59,778 bases of DNA from Escherichia phage vB_EcoS_SA80RD, in the sequence record OL960575.1, one strand, 5' to 3'. Below are positions 1-10,069 of the stretch, piece by piece. Each line of letters begins with the position of its first letter. Within the stretch, counting starts at the first letter, position 1. The notes under the pieces are model-generated. The model searched no databases, was not told the origin of the DNA, and was given only the letters and a program-made list of their open reading frames with translations. The translations under genes were made by a program, and so were the position numbers.

Positions 1-11
1 AGGGGGCTTCC

Positions 12-569
12 ATGAACGGGGCAAGTCAAGAGCAATATGATCGTGACTGGACGAATTACATCCAGTATGCAAATAGCTTGTCCGCTGAAGAGATGGCAAT
101 ACGTGACAAAGTTGTTGCTGAGTACATGTTCGACTACAATTGGACTAACGCTTGCATGAGATGCGGGTTCAATGCTATGTTTGCACAGGAGCTTGGCCAA
201 CGCTTTGCCACGGACTGTTATGTTCGATGGAAGCTCAAGGAGATTGAAAGATCCCGTGTTCAACGTACTTCTGAGCAAGCTAACATTGAAGCAGACCTTG
301 AGCGTCAGCATATCATTGAAGCATTAAAACGTGAAGCTCATTATACAGGACCGGGATCTTCTCAAGCTGCTAGAGTCGCCGCATTGGGCAAGCTTGCACA
401 AATTTATGATTTGGATGCTCCCAAGAAGGCTAAGATTGATGTTACTAACAGAGGTGGCGTAATGATAGTCCCTGCTGTAGCAAATATTGACGAATGGGAA
501 AAAACTGCATCCGAGTCTCAACAACGACTAGTTAAAGAGACTGAAGATGGAGCTAAACCGACAACCTGA
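12..569 (+). CDS. terminase small subunit (putative)
   Basis: 185-aa ORF directly upstream of and overlapping the large terminase; ATG at 12 preceded by GGGGG. Positional call only, no motif recognised. Confidence 0.45.
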   Translation: MNGASQEQYDRDWTNYIQYANSLSAEEMAIRDKVVAEYMFDYNWTNACMRCGFNAMFAQELGQRFATDCYVRWKLKEIERSRVQRTSEQANIEADLERQHIIEALKREAHYTGPGSSQAARVAALGKLAQIYDLDAPKKAKIDVTNRGGVMIVPAVANIDEWEKTASESQQRLVKETEDGAKPTT

Positions 570-2106
570 TAACATGCTGCGAGTCGTCTGGAAACCACAT
601 CCAGGTTCACAGACACTCGCTCTATCCTGCCCCGCTGATATTATCCTATACCACGGAACTCGCGGTCCTGGAAAAACGGACTGCCAGCTTATGCGTTTCC
701 GTAAGAATGTTGGTGTAGGGTACGGTAAATTTTGGAAGGGTATTATATTCGACCGTGAATATAAAAACCTTGATGACCTTGTAACTAAATCCCAGCGTTG
801 GTTTCCTGAATTTAAAGACGGGGCTAAATTCCTTAGCTCTAAGTCTGATTATAAATGGGTTTGGCCTACAGGTGAAGAGCTATTGTTCCGCGTTGCTTGT
901 AAAGAAAAGGATTACTGGTCTTATCACGGTCACGAATACCCATTTATCGGATGGAACGAATTGACAAAATATCCGGACGGGCGTTTGTTTGAAGCTATGA
1001 TGTCCTGTAACCGTTCATCTTTCCTACCAGAAGATAACCCAATTATCAATCCAGATGGTACGGTTACATATTTACCGGATATCCCTCTTGAAGTGTTTGC
1101 TACCAGTAACCCGTTCGGTGCGGGGCATAACTGGGTTAAGAAACGCTTCATTGACGCTGCACCGATGGGCAAAATACTCAGGAAAACTACGCGAGTGTTT
1201 AACCCGCGGACGCAGAAAGAGGAAGATGTGGTTACGACGCAATGCCATATCTTTGGTTCGTACCGTGAAAACAAAAACCTAAGCCCAAAATATATTGCAG
1301 AGCTTATGTCCATCACAGACCCGAACAAACGCGCTGCATGGTTGGGCGGTAGCTGGGATATCACATCCGGTGGCATGTTCGATGACCTGTGGCGTAGCAC
1401 TGTTCACAAAGTACGACCATTCCCAATTCCAGCAAGTTGGAAGATTACACGTTCTTTCGACTGGGGTTCTTCAAAACCTTTCTCCGTCGGTTGGTGGGCT
1501 ATTAGTGATGGTTCGGATGTTGTGCGTGAAGACGGCACTACATTCTCCACGGTCCGCGGTGACCTGTTTAGGATTAACGAATGGTATGGGACCAACGGTA
1601 AAACAAACGAAGGTCTACATTTGCTGGACTCAGAAATTGCAAGCGGTATACTGGAGCGGGAATTGGCCTGGGGTATACACGACCGTGTAGTTCCTGGACC
1701 TGCGGATAACTCTATTTGGGATCTGGAGAACAATAACTCTACCGCTGCAACAATGGCGAAGAAAATCCGTCTTAACGGCAAGCTGTATAACGGTATCCAT
1801 TGGAAGAGAAGTGATAAATCTGCTGGGTCGCGTAAACGCGGATGGCAGAAAATGCGTGAGTTTCTTAAAGCTGCATTGCGGGAAGATGCAAACGGTAAAC
1901 CTTTGTCGGGACCGCGTGAAAACCCAGCAATGTATGTTTTCGATAACTGTAATTATTTCTTTGAACTGGTTCCAAGTCTTCCGCGCGATGAAGTAGATCA
2001 GGACGACGTTGATACGGAATGTGAAGACCATATGGGTGATGAAGTTCGTTATATGGTTCTGGATCAAGCTGTTTATACAGGTGTTGGTAAAACTATCGGT
2101 ATTTAA
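547..2106 (+). CDS. terminase large subunit
   Basis: 519 aa; N-terminal Walker A-like GTRGPGKT; size and position before portal; ATG at 547 with upstream AAAGAGA. Confidence 0.85.
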   Translation: MELNRQPDNMLRVVWKPHPGSQTLALSCPADIILYHGTRGPGKTDCQLMRFRKNVGVGYGKFWKGIIFDREYKNLDDLVTKSQRWFPEFKDGAKFLSSKSDYKWVWPTGEELLFRVACKEKDYWSYHGHEYPFIGWNELTKYPDGRLFEAMMSCNRSSFLPEDNPIINPDGTVTYLPDIPLEVFATSNPFGAGHNWVKKRFIDAAPMGKILRKTTRVFNPRTQKEEDVVTTQCHIFGSYRENKNLSPKYIAELMSITDPNKRAAWLGGSWDITSGGMFDDLWRSTVHKVRPFPIPASWKITRSFDWGSSKPFSVGWWAISDGSDVVREDGTTFSTVRGDLFRINEWYGTNGKTNEGLHLLDSEIASGILERELAWGIHDRVVPGPADNSIWDLENNNSTAATMAKKIRLNGKLYNGIHWKRSDKSAGSRKRGWQKMREFLKAALREDANGKPLSGPRENPAMYVFDNCNYFFELVPSLPRDEVDQDDVDTECEDHMGDEVRYMVLDQAVYTGVGKTIGI

Positions 2107-2117
2107 CTGGAGGGTAT

Positions 2118-3614
2118 ATGGGTATTGATGCAACTCACCCGCTATATGACAAGTGGAAGGACGCATGGGTTAAGTGCAACGACTGCTATGAGGGTGAAGA
2201 TAAAATTAAGGAAGAAGGTGTTAAATATCTACCACCTTTAGCTTCCATGATTATTGATGGGATGAATAATCCTAATGATTTGGGCTTTCAACGTTGGCTT
2301 GCTTATCGTCTGCGTGCCAACTTCCCTGACGATTATTCAAGTGCGGTTACAAACAATTTAGGTCTGCTGCACCAGAAGCCTCCCACAATTCAGCTTCCCC
2401 CTGAAATGGAATACATGCGGGAGCTGTGTACTGCGGACGGGGAAGACATTATTGCTCTGCTACGTCGTATCAATGAAATGCAGTTAAAAAATGGACGTTT
2501 GGGTCTGCTGCTGGACTTGCCTAAAGGTGAGGATGTAAATAACAGACCTTATATTAGCGTTTATGATGCTTTATCCATTATTAACTGGGATGATGGTAAA
2601 GATGAATTGGGCAATATCAACTTGAACATGGTTGTTCTGGATGAAAGCGGTCCTGTACGTGTCAATCAGTTTGACTGGAAAGAAGAGAAGCGTTATCGCG
2701 TTCTACAATTAGGTCCAATGGACACAGATGAAGTTGCAGGTGGGGCGGTCTACTCCCAACATCTGTTTATTAACAATACCAATTATGATGAAGGGCAAAT
2801 GATTGCTCCTTATTATAAAGGTAATACGCTGGATGAAATACCTTTCCAGTTTGTCAATACAACAGATATTACCCCAGCACCGGAAGCGCCGCCATTGTTG
2901 GGTCTTGCTAACATTTGTCTAAGCATGTACCGAAGTGACGCGGATTACCGCCAAAGCTTGCATATGCAGGGTCAGGACACCTTAGTCGTTGTTGGTGGTA
3001 CTGGGGAGAATGGGGATAAAGCCCCTCAACGCATTGGCCCTGGCGCTGTCATTAACGTTGCTATTGGTGGTGACGCTAAATATGTAGGTGTTAGCGGTGA
3101 CGGTTTGTCCGAGCAACGTCTCGCACTAGCTGCGGATAAGCAAGAAGCCCAAATTAAAGCCGGGCAAATGGTAAACAACACCAAGAGCACGCAGGAATCA
3201 GGCAAAGCTATGAAAACGCGTATTGCTGCGCGTACAGCTAGCCTGATTCGAATTGCGTATACTGGTGCGGCAGGTTTGGAAAACTTGCTGAAGGTTTGCG
3301 CTAAGTGGATGGGCGCCGATCCCGAGAAAGTTGTGGTTAAGCCTAATCTTGAATTTACCAAGAGCATGTTTAACGGTCAGGACTTTGTTCAAATTATTAC
3401 TGCACGCAACCTTAAAGCTCCGATTAGCTTGCAGTCTATTCATGGCTGGCTTGTTGATCAGGGCTTAACCACACTAAGCTTTGAAGAAGAAATGGCAATT
3501 CTTGAGGAAGAGCTTAAGAAGTGGCCTCTGCCTGATGATGCTAAGGCTGATTTAAACGCAGAGCAGCAAGTAAACAAAGATCCTAAGGAAGACGACGCTT
3601 CCAATAAAGAATAG
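2118..3614 (+). CDS. portal protein
   Basis: 498 aa directly downstream of large terminase; RBS GGAGGG; acidic C-terminus typical of portals. Confidence 0.75.
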   Translation: MGIDATHPLYDKWKDAWVKCNDCYEGEDKIKEEGVKYLPPLASMIIDGMNNPNDLGFQRWLAYRLRANFPDDYSSAVTNNLGLLHQKPPTIQLPPEMEYMRELCTADGEDIIALLRRINEMQLKNGRLGLLLDLPKGEDVNNRPYISVYDALSIINWDDGKDELGNINLNMVVLDESGPVRVNQFDWKEEKRYRVLQLGPMDTDEVAGGAVYSQHLFINNTNYDEGQMIAPYYKGNTLDEIPFQFVNTTDITPAPEAPPLLGLANICLSMYRSDADYRQSLHMQGQDTLVVVGGTGENGDKAPQRIGPGAVINVAIGGDAKYVGVSGDGLSEQRLALAADKQEAQIKAGQMVNNTKSTQESGKAMKTRIAARTASLIRIAYTGAAGLENLLKVCAKWMGADPEKVVVKPNLEFTKSMFNGQDFVQIITARNLKAPISLQSIHGWLVDQGLTTLSFEEEMAILEEELKKWPLPDDAKADLNAEQQVNKDPKEDDASNKE

Positions 3615-3708
3615 TTGCAACTTCCAAATTGATTGGTTTATATTAACGAACACGGGCTGGGACGGCTCAGCCCCAAAAACGTCACACGGGTGACAACGGA
3701 GATAAGAA

Positions 3709-4581
3709 ATGCAAAAGAGTTCTGTAGCTATTAGTGTTGGTCTTGCTCTAATTAATCCACGCGCTCGCGGTGAAGGTGATGTGGAATTGCAATACGAGTA
3801 TGCATCTGCGGAAGAAATCCCGGCGGAATTTGCAACTCTTTACGCAGAGCAGGGCGGTAAATACGTTCTTGCAAAAGTCAAAGGTGTAGCACCTGCTGAT
3901 AGCGTTCGTCGTCTGGAAAGTGCGTTAGCAAAAGAGCGTAACGATCATCGTCAGGTGAAACAACAAATTAGCGCACTGGGGCGTCCAGTTGAAGAAGTCC
4001 TGGCGGATTTGGATCGTATCCCTGAGCTGGAAGCTGCTGCTAACGGTAAAGGCAATCCGGAAGACATTGAGAAGATGGTCAAAGCCCGTCTTGCTCCGCT
4101 TGAGCGCCAATTGCAAACTGTTATCACTGAGCGTGACACGGTTAAGCAGGAAATTGAAGGTTACCGCACTCGCGAAACTAAAGCGAAGATTAAAGATGCA
4201 GTTATTGCCGCTGCATCCGGTGCTAAGCTGCGTCCGTCTGCTATTGAAGATGCGGTGACTTATGCACAGTTGCAAATGACCGTCGACGAGAACGGCAATG
4301 TGGTTACGAAAGATGGGGCTGGTGTAACTCCTTACCTGACTCCGGCGGATTGGCTGAACGAAATCCTTCCGAAACGTCCGCACTGGGTTGAAGGTTCTGC
4401 TGGTGGCGGTGCATCTGGTCCTGGCGCTGGCGGTCATCACGGTGAAGACCCGTACAGTCACGACGGTTGGAACATCTCTAAGCAGATGAATCTCTGGAAA
4501 ACTAATCAATCTTTAGCTAAACGCTTAGCTGAAAAGAATGGCGTAGACCCGCTGAAGCCTGTACGTCCTGCTAAGAAATAA
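3709..4581 (+). CDS. capsid scaffolding protein (putative)
   Basis: 290 aa, charged and coiled-coil rich (E/K/R/A repeats), located between portal and major capsid; RBS GGAGA. Confidence 0.5.
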   Translation: MQKSSVAISVGLALINPRARGEGDVELQYEYASAEEIPAEFATLYAEQGGKYVLAKVKGVAPADSVRRLESALAKERNDHRQVKQQISALGRPVEEVLADLDRIPELEAAANGKGNPEDIEKMVKARLAPLERQLQTVITERDTVKQEIEGYRTRETKAKIKDAVIAAASGAKLRPSAIEDAVTYAQLQMTVDENGNVVTKDGAGVTPYLTPADWLNEILPKRPHWVEGSAGGGASGPGAGGHHGEDPYSHDGWNISKQMNLWKTNQSLAKRLAEKNGVDPLKPVRPAKK

Positions 4582-4595
4582 GTTGACATCCCGAC

Positions 4596-4628
4596 GTCCC
4601 TGATGTTAAGTTTCAACACATCAGGGAC
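4596..4628 (+). promoter_or_regulatory. stable stem-loop between scaffold and major capsid genes (perfect 11-bp inverted repeat GTCCCTGATGT / ACATCAGGGAC)
   Basis: Inverted repeat read directly; no U-tract follows, so more likely an RNA processing or stability element than a terminator. A weak TTGACA(4583)-17-TTAAGT promoter-like match overlaps it. Confidence 0.5.
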
Positions 4629-4703
4629 ACGGGTTCCTAAACAGCCTTCCACGGGGAAAGGCTACCAACAGTAAACAAATCAATCCTTTTCCTGGAGACA
4701 AGT

Positions 4704-5765
4704 ATGTCTAAATCTAAAATTATTCTACCATTTGGTCGTGGTGAAACTGACCTGACTCGTTTGAAGGATGTCATTGTCCCTGAGATCTTCACTGGTTATG
4801 TGCAGACGCAGACTGCTGAACTTTCTGCTCTGATTCAATCCGGTGCGGTTGTAATGGACGAGCGTTTATCTGCTAACCTTGCTGGTGCAGGTCTGACTTT
4901 TAACGAGCCGTTCTATAACGACCTGAAAGATGAAGACGAAGATATCGCGGTTGATAAAGGCAATCCGTCCAAACCGTCAAACATCACTACCGGATCTGAA
5001 GTTCAGGTTCGTATGAGCCGTTCGAAATCCTGGGGTTCTGCGGATCTGGTATCAGCTTTGATTGGTAACGACCCAATGACCGCTATCGGTAACCGCGTGT
5101 CTGCGTGGTGGGTTCGCCGTCTGCAAGCTGCATACATCGCAACCTGGAAAGGCGTATTTGCTAATGCGAAGAAATCCCATAACGATGATCTGACGTTCGA
5201 TATTTCCGGTTCTTCATTTGTAAACAACCAGACCAACTTTACCGCGTCTAACTTCATCAACGCAACTGCAACGATGGGTGATGCTGCTCGTGGTCTGACC
5301 ATGATTATGGTGCACTCTACCGTTCGTAACCGTATGCGTCAGCTGAACCTGATCGACTTCATTCCGGATGCTCGCGGTGAAACTCAGTTTGAGTATTATC
5401 AGGGCCTGCGTATTATCGAAGACGACTCCATGCCACACGATCCGTCTACTGGTGTGTTTGAAAGCTGGCTGTTCGGCCCGGGCGCAACTGCAATGGGTGC
5501 TGGATCACCGAAAGTTCCGACCGCTGTGGTGCGTGACGAAGCCGCTAACCAAGGCGCTGGTGAAGAAGTTCTTCACAACCGTGTTGAATGGATTCTGCAT
5601 CCGGTTGGCCATGCTTGGGCTGCTGCTCAAACTGCTAAAGGTGGTCCGTCTAACGCTGCTACCACTAACAACCTGGCCCATGAAGATTCCTGGCGTCGTG
5701 CGTTCCCTGAGCGCAAGCAGCTTAAAGTTGCACGCCTGATTACTCGTGAGTATCAGGGTTCCTAA
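4704..5765 (+). CDS. major capsid protein
   Basis: 353 aa downstream of scaffold, followed by a strong intrinsic terminator; RBS GGAGA. Confidence 0.75.
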   Translation: MSKSKIILPFGRGETDLTRLKDVIVPEIFTGYVQTQTAELSALIQSGAVVMDERLSANLAGAGLTFNEPFYNDLKDEDEDIAVDKGNPSKPSNITTGSEVQVRMSRSKSWGSADLVSALIGNDPMTAIGNRVSAWWVRRLQAAYIATWKGVFANAKKSHNDDLTFDISGSSFVNNQTNFTASNFINATATMGDAARGLTMIMVHSTVRNRMRQLNLIDFIPDARGETQFEYYQGLRIIEDDSMPHDPSTGVFESWLFGPGATAMGAGSPKVPTAVVRDEAANQGAGEEVLHNRVEWILHPVGHAWAAAQTAKGGPSNAATTNNLAHEDSWRRAFPERKQLKVARLITREYQGS

Positions 5766-5796
5766 GGCTTCACTCAACGCCGCGCTGTAGTATTTT

Positions 5797-5823
5797 GGGG
5801 ACATCTTATGTCCCCTCTTTTTT
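5797..5823 (+). terminator. rho-independent terminator after major capsid gene
   Basis: GGGGACAT-ctt-ATGTCCCC hairpin followed by TCTTTTTT. Confidence 0.75.
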
Positions 5824-5835
5824 AGGAGAACAACC

Positions 5836-6159
5836 ATGCGTTATCAACGTTATGAGCGACATGACTTGATGGAAAAATCGTTGCAGGTGGAGCCAATTTC
5901 GATTACTCTCGATCCTGCTACGATTGACACCACAACTTCAGAAGTAAAAACGGTTACTGTTAAAATAAACTTTGTCCCAGGCGGAACTACAAACAAAGCG
6001 TATAGCGCGTCAGTTGACGGTTCCTCTGCTACAATTAAAGACAACGGGGACGGTACAATTACTGTGACCACAACCGAAAGCAGTGGTACTTCAAACTTGA
6101 CAGTAACGTCCAAGGCAAAGGATAGTGTTACTGGTACATGTGTTATTAATGTGACCTAA
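5836..6159 (+). CDS. Ig-like (BIG2-type) domain protein, probable capsid decoration protein
   Basis: 107 aa, T/S/G-rich beta-strand pattern (TVTVKINF...TITVTTTESSGTSNLTVTS) typical of bacterial Ig-like domains; RBS AGGAGA. Confidence 0.5.
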   Translation: MRYQRYERHDLMEKSLQVEPISITLDPATIDTTTSEVKTVTVKINFVPGGTTNKAYSASVDGSSATIKDNGDGTITVTTTESSGTSNLTVTSKAKDSVTGTCVINVT

Positions 6160-6175
6160 AAATAAGGATTAAACA

Positions 6176-6829
6176 ATGAAGACATTAATTGAAGCATTGT
6201 TAGAACTTGATCCGGATAACCCGAATCATTGGACTAGCGACGGTCTACCTAAAGTTGACGCTCTGCGTTTCGCTACCGCTAACCCGTCTTTAACTCGCGA
6301 CGATATTACAACTGCTGCTCCGCTGTTTACCCGCGATAACCGCGTGCTGGAAGAGCCCGAGTCAGTGGAACCTGTTAAATCTGCTGACCCAGTTTTACAT
6401 GAAGCAGTTAAACAGGAGAAAGCTCATGAAGAACAAAAGAAAGTCGCGGTTGCAACGATGCAAATCGAAGTTAAGATTAGCGAAGCACTGCGTGCTCTTC
6501 TGGAGCCGGAAAAAATCGGTGACACTTCCAGCCTAAGCGATGAAGAGCTGAAAGCGAAGCGTGAAAAGCTTAGCAATGTGGTTAAAGAGATTGCCCACAC
6601 TAAGCACGCGCTGGAGCTTGCTATTGCCGACGTTCAAGCGGATCTGGATAAGATTATTATTGAGCAGGAAAGTCGTCGTCCTAAGTCCGGGCTTACTGCA
6701 ACTCAGATGTATCTTGAAGCGCAGAAAAAACGTAAACCTGAAGACATGCTTTCTGACCATCTCTTCCAGAACCCTATTGACGATCCGGTCGCCCGTATGG
6801 TTGCGCGTAATATGATGCGTCGAGGTTAA
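6176..6829 (+). CDS. hypothetical head-associated protein
   Basis: 217-aa ORF with RBS AAGGA in the head module; no motif recognised. Confidence 0.45.
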   Translation: MKTLIEALLELDPDNPNHWTSDGLPKVDALRFATANPSLTRDDITTAAPLFTRDNRVLEEPESVEPVKSADPVLHEAVKQEKAHEEQKKVAVATMQIEVKISEALRALLEPEKIGDTSSLSDEELKAKREKLSNVVKEIAHTKHALELAIADVQADLDKIIIEQESRRPKSGLTATQMYLEAQKKRKPEDMLSDHLFQNPIDDPVARMVARNMMRRG

Positions 6830-6967
6830 CCATGGAAATGAGCCATAGACAATATGTGTTGTGGCTCCTCCGACGTAATAGAAAACGGCGTCAAGAAGAC
6901 GCCGTTTCTGTTCCTGAAGAAGAGCTCCCGCCGCTTATCCCTACAACCATCGCAATGAGGAAGAAAG

Positions 6968-7474
6968 ATGGAGATTCCACTGATAGTTGAAGATGGTACT
7001 GGTGTACCGGACGCCAACAGTTATGTTACCATTGAACAAGTCCGCATGTATGCAGCAATGCGAGGTATTGTACTTCCAAGTGAAGACGAAGATCTAAAGA
7101 CAAAGATCTTTGACGCTATGGATTTTGTGGAAGGGTACAGCCAACGCTTTAAAGGTTATAAAATTAATCCACAGCAACCGCTAAATTGGCCACGCTACGG
7201 GGTGTTTGTGGACGGGTTCGAGCTACCCCAAAGCCCCTTACCAAAGGCGCTTATAAACGCTGTTTGCCAGCTTACAGCGGACTCAGCTACTGGCGGTCCT
7301 CTTAATGGGAAAACTACTGCATATGCAGTCAAAAGAACTAAAGTAGAAGGTCTTGAGATTGAATACGCAACTGGTAGCACAGCACAGTCAGGTCCAGCAA
7401 AAACATATGATAAAGCTATGACGTTTTTATCACCTTTGCTGGGTTATCAAATGGGTAATAGACTGATACGGTGA
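6968..7474 (+). CDS. head-tail adaptor / connector (putative)
   Basis: 168 aa; position after capsid genes; RBS GAGGAA. Positional call. Confidence 0.4.
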   Translation: MEIPLIVEDGTGVPDANSYVTIEQVRMYAAMRGIVLPSEDEDLKTKIFDAMDFVEGYSQRFKGYKINPQQPLNWPRYGVFVDGFELPQSPLPKALINAVCQLTADSATGGPLNGKTTAYAVKRTKVEGLEIEYATGSTAQSGPAKTYDKAMTFLSPLLGYQMGNRLIR

Positions 7475-7477
7475 TTT

Positions 7478-7858
7478 ATGAGCTTTCCTTACGAGCAGCT
7501 AGTTGAAGCCGCAAAGCAAATGATCAACGATGCAGGTGTTAACTGTACCCTTGTGGTTATGGAGCAAGGGGAAGGTCAAGATGAATGGGACGATCCAAGC
7601 GTTGAAAAACGATACCCATTCATCGGAGCTTTCCTTTCACCGAAGGAAAAGATGATTGGTGGCAGTCTTGTTTCTGCTGGTGAACTGAAAGTGTTGACTT
7701 ACCCAATGACACCTCCATTGACTCGCGATAAAGCAATGACTGCACGCATTGAGCGTATGTCACCGGATGGGGAACTGGAAGTGTGGACCATAAATGAGTT
7801 TGTTGATACACGACCAGCTAACGTTTCTGTTCTTTACACTTTTAAGCTGACGCGATAA
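7478..7858 (+). CDS. head-tail joining protein (putative)
   Basis: 126-aa ORF tightly packed in the head-tail joining block. Confidence 0.4.
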   Translation: MSFPYEQLVEAAKQMINDAGVNCTLVVMEQGEGQDEWDDPSVEKRYPFIGAFLSPKEKMIGGSLVSAGELKVLTYPMTPPLTRDKAMTARIERMSPDGELEVWTINEFVDTRPANVSVLYTFKLTR

Positions 7859-8265
7859 TGGGATTCGGGGCGGATATTCGACGTGCAAGTCAGAAGGTAC
7901 TTGTTCAGACAAGCGAGCAGGCCAAAAAAGTCGTTGTCAAGTTCACAGAGAACGTGATACAGGATACTCCTGTTAAGACCGGACGCACAAAAGGTGGTTG
8001 GCGGTCATCCATTGGTGCGCCGTATGCAACGGAAACTATCCGCCTCGATCCTACTGGAGAGATGGCTAAAGCTGAAGCCCGAGTTGTTGCACGCCAACTA
8101 CCTAATGATAAAGACTGGACTTTCTATTTTAGCAACCTGACACCATATGCTGGCGAACTGGAGTTCTTAGGTTGGTCACAGCAAGCCCCGAACGGTATGG
8201 TTCGTATTAACGTAGCGAAGCTTCCAATGTTGATACGTCAAGCTATAGCAGAAGGAAAACTATAA
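7858..8265 (+). CDS. neck / tail completion protein (putative)
   Basis: 135 aa; start overlaps previous stop (TAATG). Confidence 0.4.
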   Translation: MGFGADIRRASQKVLVQTSEQAKKVVVKFTENVIQDTPVKTGRTKGGWRSSIGAPYATETIRLDPTGEMAKAEARVVARQLPNDKDWTFYFSNLTPYAGELEFLGWSQQAPNGMVRINVAKLPMLIRQAIAEGKL

Positions 8266-8714
8266 TGCTTGGATACGATTTCATTAATGATGCATTTAAT
8301 AAGATGCTACGCGAAGCAGTTGGACCGGATATTGGTATAGCGTGGAAGAATAAGAAGTTTACACCTAAAGCCAACCAGATGTGGTTAAAGGCAATTAATG
8401 CTCCCGCTTCCACTTACGCTGCAACGCTAGGTGATAACGGTCTGAATGAAATTCCAGGCTTCTACCAAATTACAGTATATAGCCCTTTAAACACTGGAAC
8501 GTCTAAGCAGAATCAAATCTTGGATTCTATTCGGAAAAAGTTTAAACTGGGCTTGCGTATCCCGTGCCCGGATGACCACACGTTACGGATTGTCAGTTTA
8601 GACTTTTCGCAAGGTGGACAAACTTCGCTGAACGATTTTACCAAAGGCGGGGTTGAAGATAACTGGGACGTTAACTTTATCACAATCTATTGGTCGGCTC
8701 GTGAGCCGAGGTAA
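8265..8714 (+). CDS. tail terminator-like protein (putative)
   Basis: 149 aa; start overlaps previous stop; located just before the major tail protein. Confidence 0.4.
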   Translation: MLGYDFINDAFNKMLREAVGPDIGIAWKNKKFTPKANQMWLKAINAPASTYAATLGDNGLNEIPGFYQITVYSPLNTGTSKQNQILDSIRKKFKLGLRIPCPDDHTLRIVSLDFSQGGQTSLNDFTKGGVEDNWDVNFITIYWSAREPR

Positions 8715-8728
8715 GAGAGGATCTAAAT

Positions 8729-9652
8729 ATGGCTACAGGTTCACGTTATTCGTGTTACTACGTCAAAGAAGATGTAAGCAACACTACGCCAGCGAATGCG
8801 AAGTTTACTCCGTTCCGTGTGACCAGCTCCGGTCTGGACATTAATATTGCAACGTTGGAATCTGAAGAACTGCGCGATGACGCCGAAACTGCGGATTTCC
8901 GCCTCGGTGCTCGCAGTGTTGAAGGCACAGTAACGGGCGAAATGTCCTTCGGCACCTTCGATGATCTTATTGCTGCTGCACTTCGTGGGGAGTGGCAAGA
9001 AAACGTCCTTAAAGGCGGTATTGTCCGTCAGTCGTTTACTTTCGTAGACTATAACGCAGATCTGCCGTCAGGTAAATATACAATTTATCGCGGTTGCGAA
9101 GTTAATAGCATGACTTTCTCATTGTCTGCGGAAAACATGACCACAGTGGAATTCGGCATTGTTGGTCGCTCAATGGAAATTGCGGAATCGCTCCCATCCG
9201 GTGCAACTATCAAAGAGCGTACAACTACGTCACCGATGGATGGTTTCTCCGGTCGCTTGCTGGAAAACAACGAAGAAATCAGCGTTATTACGGAAATCGG
9301 TCTTACCGTTGAAAACGATATTGCGCCGCGCTTTGTTGTTGGTTCTAAGTTCTCCATTGAACCGTCCGCTGGTCGTCGTGCGGTAACTGGTACAGCTAAC
9401 GTGTACTTCCTGGATAACAAGCTGCGTATGAAGTATCTGGATGAAGTGGAAACTTCAATCAAGTTTGATCTGATTGACCCAAGCAATCCGGAACAAAAAT
9501 ACACTGTGGAAATCCCTCGCGTGAAATTCACTGAAGCTCCACGTCCTATTGACGGTGAAGGGGATATCATGCTTAATATGGGCTACCGCGGATTGCTGGA
9601 CCCAACAACCGCAAGTTCCATCAAAATTACCCGCGTTCTAGCGGCAGAATAA
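8729..9652 (+). CDS. major tail protein
   Basis: 307 aa; RBS AAGAGAGGA; position immediately upstream of chaperone and tape measure. Confidence 0.55.
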   Translation: MATGSRYSCYYVKEDVSNTTPANAKFTPFRVTSSGLDINIATLESEELRDDAETADFRLGARSVEGTVTGEMSFGTFDDLIAAALRGEWQENVLKGGIVRQSFTFVDYNADLPSGKYTIYRGCEVNSMTFSLSAENMTTVEFGIVGRSMEIAESLPSGATIKERTTTSPMDGFSGRLLENNEEISVITEIGLTVENDIAPRFVVGSKFSIEPSAGRRAVTGTANVYFLDNKLRMKYLDEVETSIKFDLIDPSNPEQKYTVEIPRVKFTEAPRPIDGEGDIMLNMGYRGLLDPTTASSIKITRVLAAE

Positions 9653-9661
9653 GGATAAGAG

Positions 9662-10069
9662 ATGACCGACACCAAAAAAGCCAAAGTTGCAGTAGCTAAA
9701 AGCTTCCGTGATTTTAAAACTGTGAGCCGGGCAAACGACCCAGCAAACACTAAGCCGATGAATGTGGTTATTCCTGGTGTAGGCGACACTGGCGAAAAAC
9801 TCTACATTCGTAGCCGCTACTGCACAGAGTACCGTGATGCTGAACTGAAAGCACAGCGTCAACTGTTGGCGCTTATGCAGGGTAAAGACGGTGAAGTAAC
9901 GGATGCTATGAAGGAAGATATCCTTACCCGTTCACTGTGTAACCTTGTAGCTGGTTGGACTTTTGACGAGCCACCGACTGTTGACAACGTGTTTGAGTTC
10001 TTAACGGAGAACCCAACTGTCCGAGAAGATCTTAACGTATTTGCCGCTAAAGATAGTAATTTTTTCTAA
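9662..10069 (+). CDS. tail assembly chaperone (G-like)
   Basis: 135 aa ending ...KDSNFF at a TTTTTTC slippery heptamer; between major tail protein and tape measure. Confidence 0.6.
   Translation: MTDTKKAKVAVAKSFRDFKTVSRANDPANTKPMNVVIPGVGDTGEKLYIRSRYCTEYRDAELKAQRQLLALMQGKDGEVTDAMKEDILTRSLCNLVAGWTFDEPPTVDNVFEFLTENPTVREDLNVFAAKDSNFF

Noticed and set aside
1630-2166. 178-aa minus-strand ORF overlapping the large terminase gene
   Set aside because: Lies entirely antisense to a confidently called conserved gene.
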